Assembly (NCBI GenBank): GCA_020137815.1
Contig: CM035357.1
Span: forward strand, 2,046,001 to 2,110,000
Reading direction: 5' to 3'
Source of the DNA: Hormiphora californensis
Taxonomy: Eukaryota; Animalia; Ctenophora
Length of the DNA: 64,000 nucleotides
Shown: piece by piece, positions 1 through 13,907 of the stretch
Numbering within the stretch: position 1 is the stretch's first letter
Layout of the letters: each line of letters opens with the position of its first letter
Notes under the pieces: generated by a model
Database searches by the model: none
What the model was told of the DNA's origin: nothing
Seen by the model: only the letters and a program-made list of their open reading frames with translations
Made by a program: the position numbers and the translations under genes

Positions 1-867
1 AGTCTAGCGCTCTCATTGCTCTAAACATTAGTAGAGGGGGTTGAAGGCTTCAACTTGAAGCACAGAAGCACAACTTAGCGATCCCACTATATCTTGCCAG
101 TAACTCAGCCCTGTTATACCCCGCCGGTGATTAGCTAAATTGAGCCTGCACAATGTGTGTGTCTGTCTAAATACCTTCCACAGAGGGAAATAATAATTGC
201 ACTGTATTATTTATAACTATCTATTCTACTCTCACTAGGATCTATTTCCGAGTTGATCTGTTGAATACATTGACATGATGGCACTCAAACAGCCGGCACA
301 ATGACTAGTTAACCTGTCTCTCCCTCCCTCCCTCCCTCCCTCCGTCACAATGACTATCTAGCTAAATATATATCATTAGTATCTAGCACCTAGTGGATCA
401 TGCAAATGACCAATCGATCATCTAGCACCCCCCCCCCCCCGAATTAGAATAAAGCCCCGTCTGCTACCAGCTAAAGACTTTACCTCTCTCTCAATCCCAT
501 TTCAACTACTACAATATTCTACCTGTTGATATGAGGCAAGTTGGTGTACACAATTCACAAACCAGACAGTTTCTGGCAGACACCTGCTGTGCACTAGGGG
601 TTGCTAAGTCGGAATGAATCGCTATGAATCATATTTCCTGTTATTCATTGGGTAATTATCTACTGATATCCGGAGTTTCAGCCCAAACGGTTGAGCCGTT
701 TGGGATCGCAAGCCACTTTTGTGACCCTTGTTTTTGCTGTTTATTGCAGTGCGCATGGGTTGTATTCGTGTACATACGGTTGTATAGTATAAAATGGGGG
801 GGGGCCAACGCTCATTTTTTATATATTTTTATATATTTTATATACCTTTTTTTTGGAAAAAAAAAAC

Positions 868-906
<39 letters not shown>

Positions 907-1178
907 TGCGCTGGCAAGCGCAAAGGTGACCATCCCCTCCCCCCAGCCGCGCGTGCCAGTATGCAGTAATAACTTTTTTCAGTTTTTAGCCAAAAATGGC
1001 ATTTTGCGACGCCCATAGCGAGGCCCCCACTGCACCAATCAGTCTGAAATTTGGTATACAGTGTCACATAGTCTAGATCTACTTTAGTTTAAAAGGGCAA
1101 GTCTCTATCTCTTTTAGTTTTAGAGATATGGCATCGTGAAAAAAGCAATAAGTGTCCCGGGTCTATGTATCTATGTAT

Positions 1179-2663
1179 CAGGAAACGACCGAACCGGGTT
1201 TTTTTCCACCGAACCGAACCGAACCGAATTTGAAAAACTTTTTTACCGAACCGAACCGAACCGAACCGAATTTCGGTAACCGAACCGAACCGAACCATAC
1301 AAAACTTTTTCTGTATAAATGTTTCTCTAAAAAGTCATGGAGAGCACCGATCAATGTATTGAGAATCATTCTCTGAAATTTTGTTAAAAAATGTTTGAAA
1401 AAATTTCAAAGTCAATTTTGTGAAAAAATTTTCAAAGTCAATTTTATCGTAAATTTTCTATGTCAATTTTTGCGTACGAATCGTGTTTCGAATCGGCAAT
1501 GCTATACGGGAATGGTATTGCTAATTAGCAGGATTAAACGAACCATGAATCGTGTCTCTCTAAATTTCCTAATTAGATTTGATGGGGGATCACGTATCAG
1601 TACAATCCATCTCGGACCCACTAATTACCAACATCACTCCCGTTTAGCATTGCCGATTAGAAACACGATTCGTATACCATAATTTACTTAAAATATTTTT
1701 CACAAAAAAATTTCACAAAATTTCAGGTGATGATTCTCAATAAAGTCGGATTTTTTGAAGTTGTCACCCCCCTTTTCGTGCGCGGAATGTTTTTGCGCGT
1801 CACATCACATGTTAACGTGTGGTGTGCGCGTCAAAATTGATAAATTTCACATGCGCGGTCATTTTGGGGTGACAACTTCAAAAAATCCGACTTTACCTTG
1901 ATCGATGCTCTCCATGAATTTTTAGAGAAACATTTAATTTTGTGAAAAAACTTTGTAAAATATTTCAAAGTCAATTTCGGAAAAAAAATTATATGTCAAT
2001 TTTGCCGTACGAATCGCGTTGCGAATCGGTGATGCTATGCGGCAGTGCTCTCGCTAATTAGCAGGATTTATTGAAACATGAATCGTTTCCCCTAAACTTC
2101 CTAATTAGATTTGATGGGGGATCACGTATCAGCATAATCCATCTCGGACCCACTAATTAGCAACATCACTCCCGCTTAGCAATACCGATTCGAAACACGA
2201 TTCGTACGCAAAAATTGACATAGAAAATTTTCCATAAAATTTACTTTGAAATATTTTCCAAACTTTTTTACAAACTTTCAGAGAACCTTGATCGGTGCTC
2301 TCCATGAATTTTTTGGAAAAAAAGTTTCTGAATTTGTTGACCCTTTCATGAGGACACGATTCGACGGGAAGTCAGGTGTCAAATCAATCCATATCGAACC
2401 CGCTAACTAGCGAAATCATTTCCACATAGCACCACCGATTCGAAATAGGGTTAATACGGCGAAATTGACATTGAAATCCATACAATTTTCGTGAAATAAT
2501 TGAAAAATTTTGCATGAAAAGGCCCGATTTCTGGGCATTTTTTGACCAAAAAATTCGGTGGTTCGGCCAAAATTTCCTACCGAACCGAACCGAACCGAAC
2601 CGCCCAAAAAACACCGAATTTCCGAACCGAACCGAACCGAACCGAATATTCGGTCGCTTCCTG
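1179..2663. mobile_element. hAT-like MITE with (CCGAA)n subterminal repeats, nested in the 595-4680 element
   Basis: CAGGAAACGACCGAA...TTCGGTCGCTTCCTG termini; 8-bp TSD CTATGTAT at 1171-1178 and 2664-2671. Confidence 0.85.
1743..1893. mobile_element. Small TA-flanked MITE (Tc1/mariner-like), third nesting level
   Basis: TIR AAGTCGGATTTTTTGAAGTTGTCACCC and its reverse complement, flanked by TA on both sides. Confidence 0.75.
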
Positions 2664-5600
2664 CTATGTATCTATCTATCTATGGATAGACGCTATTTTA
2701 CCAAATTTATAATCGTTTTTGAGAGAAAACGACATAAGATAGACACTTCTCGTTTGTTGCATTCGAAAGATAATCGTTTGAATTGTGTAGACGAATAGTT
2801 GTCATGTTCTAGGTCCAATCAGAACGTCTTGACAAACTGTCATAAAGATAAGACATTTTTCAAACCAACCAAATTTCTTTGAGCTCAATTTACACCCTGA
2901 AGACGGTTTTTGATTGAAAAACGGAGACCACACTTATGAAAGATAATCGTCTAAACTTTCAGAAACTATATAGCGAATTTGTGAAACTTTATTTCTAAGG
3001 GTCTCAAATCGCGTCTGAAGTGTTAAGACTGTATGAAAATAGATATGACGATGGTGCGTTTTTCGCCATAGCAACCTCAAATCTTGTCCAATCGATCTCA
3101 AACTTGGTAAGCCTCTTTATATAGATGTGCCTGATAACAATACTTCCTTATCATGACGTTATAACGTCGTGACGTCACGCTATGACGTCAGAATGACGTC
3201 AAAATTGAAAGTTTCTTATTTTAGCGATTCCTGACGGTCTATACACGTTCTGCTACGTCCAGACATGTCTTACATTGTATTTCACATCAGAAAATACCAA
3301 AAATATACCCAATTATGCCAAAAACTAACAGAAATTAGTTGGCTGGAAAGGTGACCACTTTTGTTGTCAAACTGACACCTTTGCCCGGCCCGGGTTACGG
3401 ATATCATCGATGGGGTAAATCAGGGGGTAAATCAGGTAGTTTGAGAAGAGAGAAGGAGAGAGATAGGAAGAAAGAGAGATAGAGAGAGAGAAAAAGAGAG
3501 ATAGAGAGATAGAAATCAGAGAGGGAAAGATTATGATGAAACCCGGAGAGGGCAAAGGTGTCAGTTTGACAACAAAAGTGGTCACCTTTCCAGCCAACTA
3601 ATTTCTGTTAGTTTTTGGCATAATATATATATATATATATATATTTTATATATATAGTATATATAAAATATATAAAAATATATAAAAATACATATGAATA
3701 TATAAAAATATATAAAAATATATAAAAAATATATAAAAATATATAAAAAATTGTGCCGAAAGTGTGAAAACAGAAAGCTGTTTTTCGCCATAGCGGGATC
3801 AAATATCATTCAATTGATCTCAAACTTGGTCAGCATCTTCATCTAGATAATCCTGATGATTTTCCGTCATCAATGTGACGTTTGTAACATCGTGACGTCG
3901 CGTCAATAACGTCATGACGTCAAAATGACGTCAAAAATGATTTGTTTTTTTAGTTTCGCGATCCCAACCTCTCTTCACCAGTTCTAGTACATCTGCACGG
4001 ATCAACATACAAAAAATGATTGAAATCACACCAAAACTGGTAGATATTATTAGGCCGGAACCTCTCTTCACCAGTTCTACTTTTGACAGTGCATAATTCA
4101 CTTTTGAACACATTCTCAATTATGTAAAACAGCTATCACCCTCTCAAACACTTAAATTAACTCTATGAAACATATTCAAGTGAACAATAGATGGAAATAA
4201 TCCCCTTTTTTGAAAGTAAAAGGGGTGAAAAAGGGTTTATTTTATATATTTTTATATATTTTTATATATTTTTATATATTATTTATATAACTTTATATAT
4301 TTTTATATATTTTTATATATTTTTATATATTTTTATATATATATAAAAAATTCCAAAATTAAGGAAATATATAAAAAATTCGTTGGCCCCCCCCCTATAA
4401 AATTGGGTCTTTATAGTCAAATATCGATATGAATCATATTTCCTGTTATTTATTGGGTAATTATCTACAGATATCCGGAGTTTCAGCCCAAACGGTTGAG
4501 CCGTTTGGGATCGCAAGCCACTTTTGTGACCCTTGTTTTTGGTGAAAAATCGGGAAAAAATCGAAAAAAAATTTTTAAATTTTAAAATTTCAAAACACGG
4601 AAATTAGTTCATAGAACATCCCAATACATGTGCAAGACTTTAAAATTGAGTATTCAAAAATTTCAACTTAGCAACCCCTACTGTGCACCCTAGTAGATCT
4701 AGTAGATCTACCCCTTGATTACATACATATTGTGTTCATAACAGATCTACACTGTCCCCAAGGTAATTTTCCAGGGTGTAGAAAGTGAGAGGTTGATCAA
4801 GACTAGACTGGAGAAGGAATAGAAAGACTTGTCCCAGCTTCCCCCCGTTGTTTGAGGGCTTTGAAGCACCCAATCAAGATGGTTTCATTAATCAAGCGCT
4901 TAGCAGTACCTCTCTTCCCACAAACACTCCCTTGGCGTGGTCTTTATGGTCAAATTGTTGTCTCTCTTTCTCTCTCTCACTTTCTCTCTCTCACGTTTTC
5001 TCACTCTCTCTCACTCTCTCTCTTTTTTCTCTCTCTCTTTCTCTCTATCTAGCTCTCCCTGCAATCAGTGACACACGGTTAGATCAGACCAAACCACCCA
5101 GAGACAGAATGAAATGACCAAGACAAAGGAAATGCACAATTATGTCCGTTAAAATAGGCATCTGTAAATTATTCTACACCCCCATGAAATTATAATTACG
5201 TGGCAAATTCTTTATGTAACTTCAGAAAGATAATTATATTCCCCCAAAAAAAGAGAATTGTAAAAAGTATGCAGGGTTTTTTGTTGTGAAAACCGTCAAA
5301 ATGTGATCTCCTGTGCGTTTAGTCAGTCATTTAGTCAGTCATTTAATCATTAATTAGTCATTTGTTTTCAAACCTGGAGCCGACGTTTATAACACGAGGA
5401 AGTGTTCCACATCCGCTCTGAGTGGATGACAGGTCGCTTGCCATCAGTGAGCTATGAACAAGGAGATAGATCAGGGTTATGCGATGGAAGGAGACAATAA
5501 CAAATATATATATTCACTTGAAACAAAATCAATAAAATAATTCATTGCATGATACCCCAGCGCTCGTAAATTCTGAGAATGCAAAACGAGTGTTGATGAC

Positions 5601-5958
5601 ACGTCATAAAATCAGTAAAAGGAAAGAAAACAGGGAAAGAAAATAGGGTTCAGAGAGGCAGGATTTCTGGGAGGAAGGGATGAGCTAAGGATCGTGACCT
5701 GTAACCAAACACTGATCTTATTACCATTTTATGCAACGATTTCTGAAAGCTAAAACCCTGATCGTTAACATAAAGTGGCTGTAAGAAACTTTAAAGCGAA
5801 AGGTGGAAGATATATAACAAGGGCGTCGGCTGAATAAAGGTTAGGACAGGGCCATTGTTAAAATGTGCTTGGTGAAGGGGTGCTTACCTATTGTGGGGGT
5901 CACTAAACACTTGTAGTGTGCACGTGTCACAAAGAGTCGAGGAGAACAAGGGTATATA

Positions 5959-7064
5959 CCGCCTGGGCCAAAAAAAACGTGGGGTACGCCGAGCCTCATA
6001 TCTCCCAAATCTTAACTTCCATCACTCTGATATTTTGACACAATATTTGTATGGGTACTCATTCGAGGAATCCGGAGTTTCAGCCCTCTAGATAAAAGTT
6101 CATTTTTTTCGCCCGAATGAACATTGAATGAACATCAAAATGGGACCATATTTCGGTACCAAAGTTTCACAAATTTGTTTGGCTATCGATTTTCTTTCGA
6201 ACGCGACCAGTTTGAGCTTAATTGGATCACCACAAGAATCACAGTGACCAGTTTACCAGGCCTAGGTTGGGTCATGTGACCCCCATCAAATTTTGACGTG
6301 TTAGCAAGAGAACTTACATTCTAACGGACGCTGTATCGGTACACCGTCCTCATTAGCAGATGTGATACGTGATACTCGACCGTTACACCTGCTTATTGGC
6401 ACTTCGTAATGACACTAGCGTCTCAATGGGGGTCACATGACCAGACCTAGGGTTAGAAAACTAGCCACTGTGTCTCTTGTGGTGGGCCAATTGAGCTAAA
6501 ATTAGTCGCGTTTGAAAGGAAATCGATACCCAAAGACGACTGTGAAATTCCGGGTTGAAAAAGCATTCCTGTTTTCAAGTTCATTCAGGATTCATTCCAG
6601 TCGGAAAAATGAACTTTGAGATAGAGAGCTAAAATTCCGGCTTATATCAACATTGATCAAGTGCAATGGCCTTACCAATTTTTAGCGCCTGAAATTACCG
6701 ATTTCTCGTCAAAACGGGTCAAAATCGATTTTCGGTAAAAATGAACAGTTTTATATTGTTTATTTCACCCACTAAACTTGATTCAATTTTAATAAAAATG
6801 CAGATTGCCATTTGTTGTTAGTTGTTCTATTGCATAGCGGTCATTTTTAAGAATAAAATTGAATATAAACAAGAGAAAACCTCGAAAAACCCGAAAATTG
6901 AAAAATTGAGTTCATTAATGAATTTTGAAGTTTTAGGAATTGAAACTCCGGATTCCTCGAATGAGTAGGTATACAAAAATTGTGTCAAAATATCAGAGTG
7001 ATAGAAGTTACGATTTGGGAGATATGAGGCTCGGCGAACCCCACGTTTTTTTTGGCCCAGGCGG
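5959..7064. mobile_element. Tc1/mariner-like MITE
   Basis: TIR CCGCCTGGGCCAAAAAAAACGTGGGG...CCCCACGTTTTTTTTGGCCCAGGCGG with TA on both flanks; extended imperfect inverted arms. Confidence 0.8.
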
Positions 7065-7212
7065 TATTATCAGTAAAATATGCAATTCAGTCAATATAAA
7101 TAGTGATGTAGTGATGTTTTGATGGAAAAAGCAGCAGAATTAGTTTGCAGAGTTAAAATCTTGAGACCACCCACGCAAGTGAATGTGTGTAGCTGCGGAC
7201 AAGCAAGGGAAA

Positions 7213-7265
7213 AGAGAGAGAAAGAGAGAGAGAGTGAGAGAGAGAAAGAGAGAGAGAGAGAGAGT

Positions 7266-7338
<73 letters not shown>

Positions 7339-7370
7339 CATGAGAGAGCGTGAGAGAGAGAGGGAGAGAT
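7213..7370. repeat. (AG)n microsatellite
   Basis: Direct reading. Confidence 0.95.
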
Positions 7371-7548
7371 GTTTGGGTGTAAGTGTGTTCAGTAGAAACA
7401 GTACCATTACACTTAGATCTAACTCAACGCTCAAATCACTCCCCCTCTCTCTTCCTCCCTCTCTCTCTCTCTCTCCTTGTTTTCCCAACACTATTTACTT
7501 CTCAAACCAACCACCACAAGCACCAAAAAACGACTAAGAACCCATTTC

Positions 7549-8610
7549 TCAAACTAATGATACAGAAGTTACACTAACATAGCATCCCGTCCGGTCTGTT
7601 GTCATCTCGTTGAGCTCCAACTTCGCTAACACGCACTTCCCAAAATTTTTCACAGGAAATGATTCTGATAAAATGTCCGTAACATTCACTGTTTCCCGAT
7701 TTCCAGGAGCAGCAGTTGATTTCATCCACCTGGTATTTACTAGGGTACAATGGAGTTTGACATCTTTACAGTTTCGGTTCTGTTCATAACTCATCAGCCC
7801 TGCATTTACAAACTCCTCAAGACATTGGTCAGCTAGCTCCTGAAGTCGACTTGACTCATCTGAGAGGTTTACCTCGGCGTAGAGCACATTGGCCGCACTG
7901 GGATCATCGTTCATTATTTCCAATTTACCCATTTCAGCGCGAAGGGGTTTCCCTCTTTTTATGTAGGCTATTTTAGGAGCAAAGCCATTCAGAACCTCAG
8001 TCGCTTTCTTAATTTCGTCCGGTGAGAAACATTTCAGGACACCGATAGTAAGATGCAGTTTAGATTCAATCTGAATCATCCTGGGATCAAGTTTACAAGT
8101 TTCCTGAAATCGTTTTAGATTACTCCCAATCTCCTCTGAAGCCACAGGGATGCTCACAAAATGTGTAGGAGCTTCTTTCCGTCGGGCCGAGGAGATGACT
8201 CGCTCTAACCTCAGCTGAAGGGACGACAGAGAATCCTCGGTCCTGTACTTTACCCTGATGTAGTCCTTGTTATCACGAGGTCTGGGAACATCAATCATAG
8301 TGCCTGTTTCGTTTTCAAGTCGCTTTTTCACCGTACCAGATCGTCCAACAACGTATTTGTGCAGACCTCGCGGGCATGGCAGTTCTGTGAATTGGGCATT
8401 CTGCTGTTCTTTGGGTTGAGTAGTTTCACTCTTTTTAGAAAGTTTACAAGTGTTCGGTTCGTCATCGTAGACGTCTACTGCAGCAGCACAAGTGGACGAC
8501 TGTTTTGTGGGAAGAGAGTATATGTTAGTGTTGCAGAGGATCCTGTATCGGGCTCCGTTCACGACACGAATATCAGGACAGACAATGTCAATCCCTTCAT
8601 CGATTTGCAT
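7549..8610 (-). CDS. ASCC1: Activating signal cointegrator 1 complex subunit 1 (KH domain + 2H phosphoesterase/AKAP7-like domain), single exon
   Basis: 353-aa ORF; KH motif HKYVVGRSGTVKKRLENETGTMIDVP; PTHFVSIP; two HxT motifs (LHLTIG, KLHCTL); MNDDPSAANVLYA. Confidence 0.9.
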   Translation of the reverse strand: MQIDEGIDIVCPDIRVVNGARYRILCNTNIYSLPTKQSSTCAAAVDVYDDEPNTCKLSKKSETTQPKEQQNAQFTELPCPRGLHKYVVGRSGTVKKRLENETGTMIDVPRPRDNKDYIRVKYRTEDSLSSLQLRLERVISSARRKEAPTHFVSIPVASEEIGSNLKRFQETCKLDPRMIQIESKLHLTIGVLKCFSPDEIKKATEVLNGFAPKIAYIKRGKPLRAEMGKLEIMNDDPSAANVLYAEVNLSDESSRLQELADQCLEEFVNAGLMSYEQNRNCKDVKLHCTLVNTRWMKSTAAPGNRETVNVTDILSESFPVKNFGKCVLAKLELNEMTTDRTGCYVSVTSVSLV

Positions 8611-9965
8611 AGTTATGAAGCTAAAACGAGTAGAGTGTTATATTCAATTGAAATCAGCCATAATTTCGCTTGCCAGTTGCCAAAAGGGCCGAAAAATTTT
8701 TTTGCGAAGGCCGGGGTACCGGTTCAAATAGAAAATATGTCAGTACAATATTATTTACATGAATAGGTATAAAAATAAAATTTACTCTTACGGGTGTAAT
8801 AAGTTAAGTATACATAAATCAGATAATAAGGTGAAAATCGTTTGTTTTGCTACAAAAATGTGTCCATTTATTGCCCCTGTACCCCCTGATGGCGATGAGA
8901 ATGGTCTTCAACAGCGAGAAAGACAGACGGAGACGAAAGGGCCGAAAAATTTGGCATACGTTGCAGGCCCCTTATAATATAAGGGGGCATGAGGGGGCTG
9001 CAGCGCATTCCAACCGCAGCGCATTCCAACCGCAGCGCATTCCAACCGAAAAATCAAAATCAAAAAAGACAGATCAAAAAAAGCCACACCCAAAAAAGCC
9101 CGGCGTTGAGCGTCGTAATTAATGTAACGCGCGAAATAATTCCGCACACACGCTGCCGAACTTTTACTTTCTTAAGCCGCGCGCTGAAAATGTCATGTTG
9201 TCCGCTTTAAAATTTTTTTAAAAAAACTTTAAAATCCGGGTGTTTTTGAAAAGCGCTGCCTTATCCCGCGCGGGGGCCAGCAACGTTTGCCAACGGGTGT
9301 TTTGACTTTTGAGTGTCAACTGTCACCTCCACTCTCCAGGGACGGCGCTGGGCCTTGGCCTTCGGCCCAGCAAGTCCCTGGGTGTCGGGGGCCAGGGGCG
9401 GCAGCCTCGGTTAGGGGGCGTGGGGGTGAAACCCCCCACAAGCAGGGTCCAGGTGCGCAGCCCCGGCGGGGGCGGGGGCGTAGGGGGCCGTGCCCCCGCA
9501 TGCAGGGTCCAGGGGCTGCACCTCTCACGGTTTTCTAGGGCTAGGGACTAAAGTAGGCAGGGGCGGCTCTGCCATGCGGACGATGAGGACGCGTCCGCAT
9601 TTTTTACTTCGGACTAGAGAGCCCAGGCAAAAGAACCAAAACTACTCTCGCCCCCTACTGACTCCCCCCACCCCTATCGAATCCTCTCAATATCTACTGA
9701 CTGCTCTCGCCCCACATTATTGAATACTCATTCCTCAACACCCTCCTTCGCCCCGCCCCCGCTATGTTGACCAACTCACCCCATAACCCCCTTACAGCCA
9801 GTTGGAGTCCTATAACATCCCCCCCCCCCCCGTCTCCATGTCTCTCTCTCCCCCTCTCCATCTCCCTCTCTTTCCCTGTCCCCTCTCCAATGGATAGTCT
9901 CCATCTATCCCCTATCCCCCTCTCTCTCTATCCCTCTCACCCCATCATTCGATTCCCTCCCCCCT

Positions 9966-9968
<3 letters not shown>

Positions 9969-10047
<79 letters not shown>
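9969..10047. repeat. (CT)n microsatellite
   Basis: Direct reading. Confidence 0.95.
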
Positions 10048-10050
<3 letters not shown>

Positions 10051-13000
10051 CCCTCTCTCCCCCTCTTTCTCTCTATCGTCGTTTCTTCATATCGGGCTGG
10101 TGAATATAATGGAAGCTGGTACAGGGAAATCTTTAGAGTACTGCAGCTGAAGAACATACCGAATCAGGTGATAAAGATCCGTAGAACTGGAGCTGTGTAG
10201 AGTTATTAAAGCTGGGATACGTTGGTAGAAAAGCTGTGGCATTCATCGGGGCCGCAGCAGTAGATGGCAAAGCACCACAAAACACGACAGGAACACGCAA
10301 TAAAACACCCAACAACATGCACGTGCAGTATTGAAACTCTTGCCCACCATCATGGCAACTCCCCAAACCCCCCCACCAACCATCCCTAACAACATGCCAA
10401 TTTTCCACGTGCAAACCCTAAAAACCCCCTCCCCCAAATTTTGTCTTGCAAGGTTCTCTGCTTTATAATATAGACTAGAGAGCCCAGGCAAAAGAACAAA
10501 AAACTCTCACACCCTATTGACTCCTCTCAATCCCGATCCCTGGCTCATGCCTACTTTGCTCCCTACGGCGCCGCTTCGCGGCACCTCCGGTCGCGAGATC
10601 ATAATCCACGCCCCCTTCCCCCTATTGATTCTCCTCGACCCCTATTGAATCATATCGTCCCCTATTCACTCCATCTTACCCTCTATTCACTCCCCTATAA
10701 CGCCATAACAACTCTTCCCTGACCCCTCTCTCAATCTGTGATCTGAAGCAGTCCAGAACCCCAAATTTTCCCTCATTTTTCACCATTTTCCCCATTACTC
10801 AGTCATTTCTCAACCAATTTCAAAATACCAAGGCTCATTAGAAAGATAATCTCAAGCTCTTTCAAATCAGCTATTATCCCCCAAATTTATAAAACCTTTA
10901 CATTCACACGTGCACTCCCCAAACCCCACCATATAATAATTTCCAAAATGTTAGTCCGATAATTGTTTTCTCCCTACTCCTCCTACAGTTTTTGAGCTAG
11001 ACCCCTGAAAATTTGTACACTGGTACTTTGGACCAAGGCGGGTGTAAGTACGTGCTCAGATTTTTGATCCGATCTTTACAACAGTGACGTCACGGGGTGA
11101 CGTCATTGCGCAAAAAATACTTACATTTTTCAAACGCTTCTAAGACCCTGAAAACGGCTCTAAATCAAAAAACTAACGCAATAGTGGGGAAAGAGAATCG
11201 TTTGAACTTCATTTTACTTGATAGCGATTTCCCGTAACTCAATGTTTAAGGGTCGTAAATCGCGTCGGGAAAGTTAAAAATGCCAAAAATACGATATTTT
11301 TCACCGTAGCCACCCAAAATCTTATCCAATCGATATGAAACTTGGTCGTTATGTGAATTTTAATGTCCTTTGGCCAGGGGTTTCCGGAAAACGGATTGGC
11401 AAGATGAGAACTGACCGGAGTTCTTATAATTCTAAATTCACGAATTTGGAATTTTTCGTCGACTTTTTTTGGCGACATAAAACGCCAGGAAATTTTCAAT
11501 GAACTTTAAAATTTTACACTGCGCGTGTAATTTTAGGTTCCGCGCGCGGCGTAAAAAAGCACCGCTTTTTGGGAAAATTCGCGTGTTACAGTAAACGATT
11601 TACCCGCCTCGCCAAAATTGTAATGGCTGTTTTTTCAAAAACCCAAGGTGTATGATAGTAGGAGCGGTTAGATCACCACGTGGTTAAAGTCGCGTGCCAC
11701 CCCTTTTTTGCGCATTGTCATATTATTAGCTCCTCGAGGTCGCATCCAATCAAGAAATGTCCCTCAAGTTTTCGCCTCTCCTTGAGGAGATCTACAGGTT
11801 TGATGAAGGTCTCTCTTGGATTGGATGCGAAATGAAGCCGTGAGAGTAACCTGAGATTAGGGTGGCGCGCGACTAACCGCTCCTACTATGAGACTCATTG
11901 CTCTAAGGAACAAACAAATTATCTTTTAAAAATCAAACACAAATGGCATCGGTTATGAGGATAAATTACCATTTACCAGGTCACGGGTTCCCAGCAAACG
12001 GGTACTCTAGTGGAGAGAAAAAGGAAAAAGGTAAATTTTTCTCAAAATTTCATGTTTTGAATGCACGCAACACGGAACGTGCGCATATTGGCCAAAGCGG
12101 CTGAAAGCCGCGCACCACCCTTGAAGGTAGGGTTAGGTTTAGGGGTGGGTTAGGGATGAGCATCATCGGAAATGTTCAGGTAGCGCGCATTCAGGTCACG
12201 CCCACCGGCCACCAATCACAGCTCAGAACGCACGGATCACAAGAGCTGTTCTGTTCTGTGATTGGTCAAAACAGGTAAGCAGGGGCGGTGCGCGGCTTTC
12301 AGCCGCTCTGGTCAAAATGCGGCCGAAACATTTTTAACTCGCGTGTTCCGTCGAAATACCCAATGCGGACGGTCCGCATTGGCTATTTTGACGTAGCAAC
12401 TCCACCCCTGGAACCGTTGGGGGGTTGTGCCCCAAATCCCTCCATTGGGGTTGGAGTATGGCCTTGGGCCAAACTCCCCCTCCCAAGGTACCCATGTGCA
12501 CGGCATGAGTTCTGGTTTTGTGTGTGACTGTGACGAGGCGGTACCCGCCCTCCCTGCCGACGGCCCCTATATTCCGCCCTCCCTGCCGAATGGAGGGGTG
12601 ACTCGACGAGGCCAGATTGTGTCAATTTGAAAAGCGCATGGCAGAGGTGTCCGTCGGATTTTTCATCCGGATGCCTTTTGCATTACACAAACACAGGGGT
12701 TTAGAAATCTGTAACAAATTTATCTATCTGTAGGCTAACGCTACCTACATTTGGTCGCACTTTTCTGGTTGCCAATGCAACAAATCCAGTGTGGACGAGC
12801 TTTGCACGATTGAAAATGTGCGTTACTCTTTGCACGGTGGTAACAAAAACAGAAAGCACACACCTGCACGCATTGTGTGATGAGTGATGGACTATGTAGG
12901 TTTGATAGTGAGGTTATACTGGTCGAGATTTCAGTGAAACCTCGACCAGATATGAATTTATGAAACTGTTTCACAAGCTCATATTTTTCCATGATTTTAT

Positions 13001-13184
13001 GATGATTGATTGTTCATGTATTTCTTTCATGAGTGTAGTACACTAATTATTAATTTGTATGAAAAATACTGAATAATCTAATAAATCAAATGGGAATTCC
13101 AATACACCTGTACCTTCAGAAATATTGTTTTGTTGAGTCGCCTGACATTGTGTCCTTATGAAAAACTCAAATTTTTGAACTATC

Positions 13185-13907
13185 TCACTCAACCGAGTTC
13201 TTTATTCTCATGTACTTGAATCTCTCCAGATGTTTCGGGATGTTATAATTGGTTTTCCTCAGCTGCGGAGTCCGGCTTGGTATAACACTCGTGGTCTGTT
13301 GTGGTAGTTCAGGAAGTTTAGGGATAGTACTAGAGAACTCATTATACAAAAACTTGCCGTACGATAGCCCCGGTTCTGGGTCAAGATTGAATTGAGTTCG
13401 GTCAATTTTCGGCAGCGTCGCCCCTTTTGGTTTGGGAATGAGGGCGTTAGAAGTTTTGACAATTTGCGCTGCCCTTTTGAAGGACTTTTTGACTGGGAGT
13501 CCTAGTTCCTTTCGACGTTCCTCGGCCTTCTGTAGCTTTTCCCTGTGTTTCTTTCTCGCCAGAAAGTTCTTTATCAAGGTCATGGAAATTTTATTTCTCC
13601 CTCCCTTTTGGAAGCGTGCCAAAAACGCCATTTTCTTGGCATCTTCAATGGCCTTCGCCTCATCCGCAATCTGTCTGACTGTCTTTCTAATGACGGCACG
13701 GGATTGGGAATGGAAGGCTTCATCTCTTTCCCGTGATTTTCTATCCTGCTCTCTGATGAGAATCTCACCCAGACTGGCATGGGACATTGGGAGGTCCGCC
13801 ATTTTTCTCTCCGTGTCATCGTGTACGGCCAGGAAGAGATGACGCTCTGAAAACTGACTGGCCATCTCAGATTCTTCTTTCCGTTCTCCTCCATTGGAAG
13901 ATGACAT
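13185..13907 (-). CDS. Hypothetical basic/coiled-coil protein (probable start MSSSNGGERKEE)
   Basis: Long ORF 13185-13991 with protein-like composition; AG acceptor immediately before the ATG at 13907; no recognisable domain. Confidence 0.5.
   Translation of the reverse strand: MSSSNGGERKEESEMASQFSERHLFLAVHDDTERKMADLPMSHASLGEILIREQDRKSRERDEAFHSQSRAVIRKTVRQIADEAKAIEDAKKMAFLARFQKGGRNKISMTLIKNFLARKKHREKLQKAEERRKELGLPVKKSFKRAAQIVKTSNALIPKPKGATLPKIDRTQFNLDPEPGLSYGKFLYNEFSSTIPKLPELPQQTTSVIPSRTPQLRKTNYNIPKHLERFKYMRIKNSVE

Larger units (their letters stand above)
595..4680. mobile_element. Non-autonomous hAT-like DNA transposon (outer element of a nested stack)
   Basis: Termini TAGGGGTTGCTAAGT...ACTTAGCAACCCCTA; 8-bp TSD CTGTGCAC at 587-594 and 4681-4688; no transposase ORF. 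Confidence 0.85.

Noticed and set aside
1190-1300. Regular short repeats (CCGAA)n here, (GATCGAATCGA)n at 17779-18580 and 13-mers at 15120-15250 as possible CRISPR-like arrays
   Set aside because: No unique spacers; they are subterminal repeats of MITEs bounded by TIRs and TSDs in a eukaryotic genome
8980-12640. GC-rich repeat-like region with short ORFs, a duplicated CTAGAGAGCCCAGGCAAAAGAAC (9614, 10475) and a palindromic block at ~12090-12312
   Set aside because: Probably composite transposon remnants, but termini and TSDs could not be established and no coding similarity was recognised
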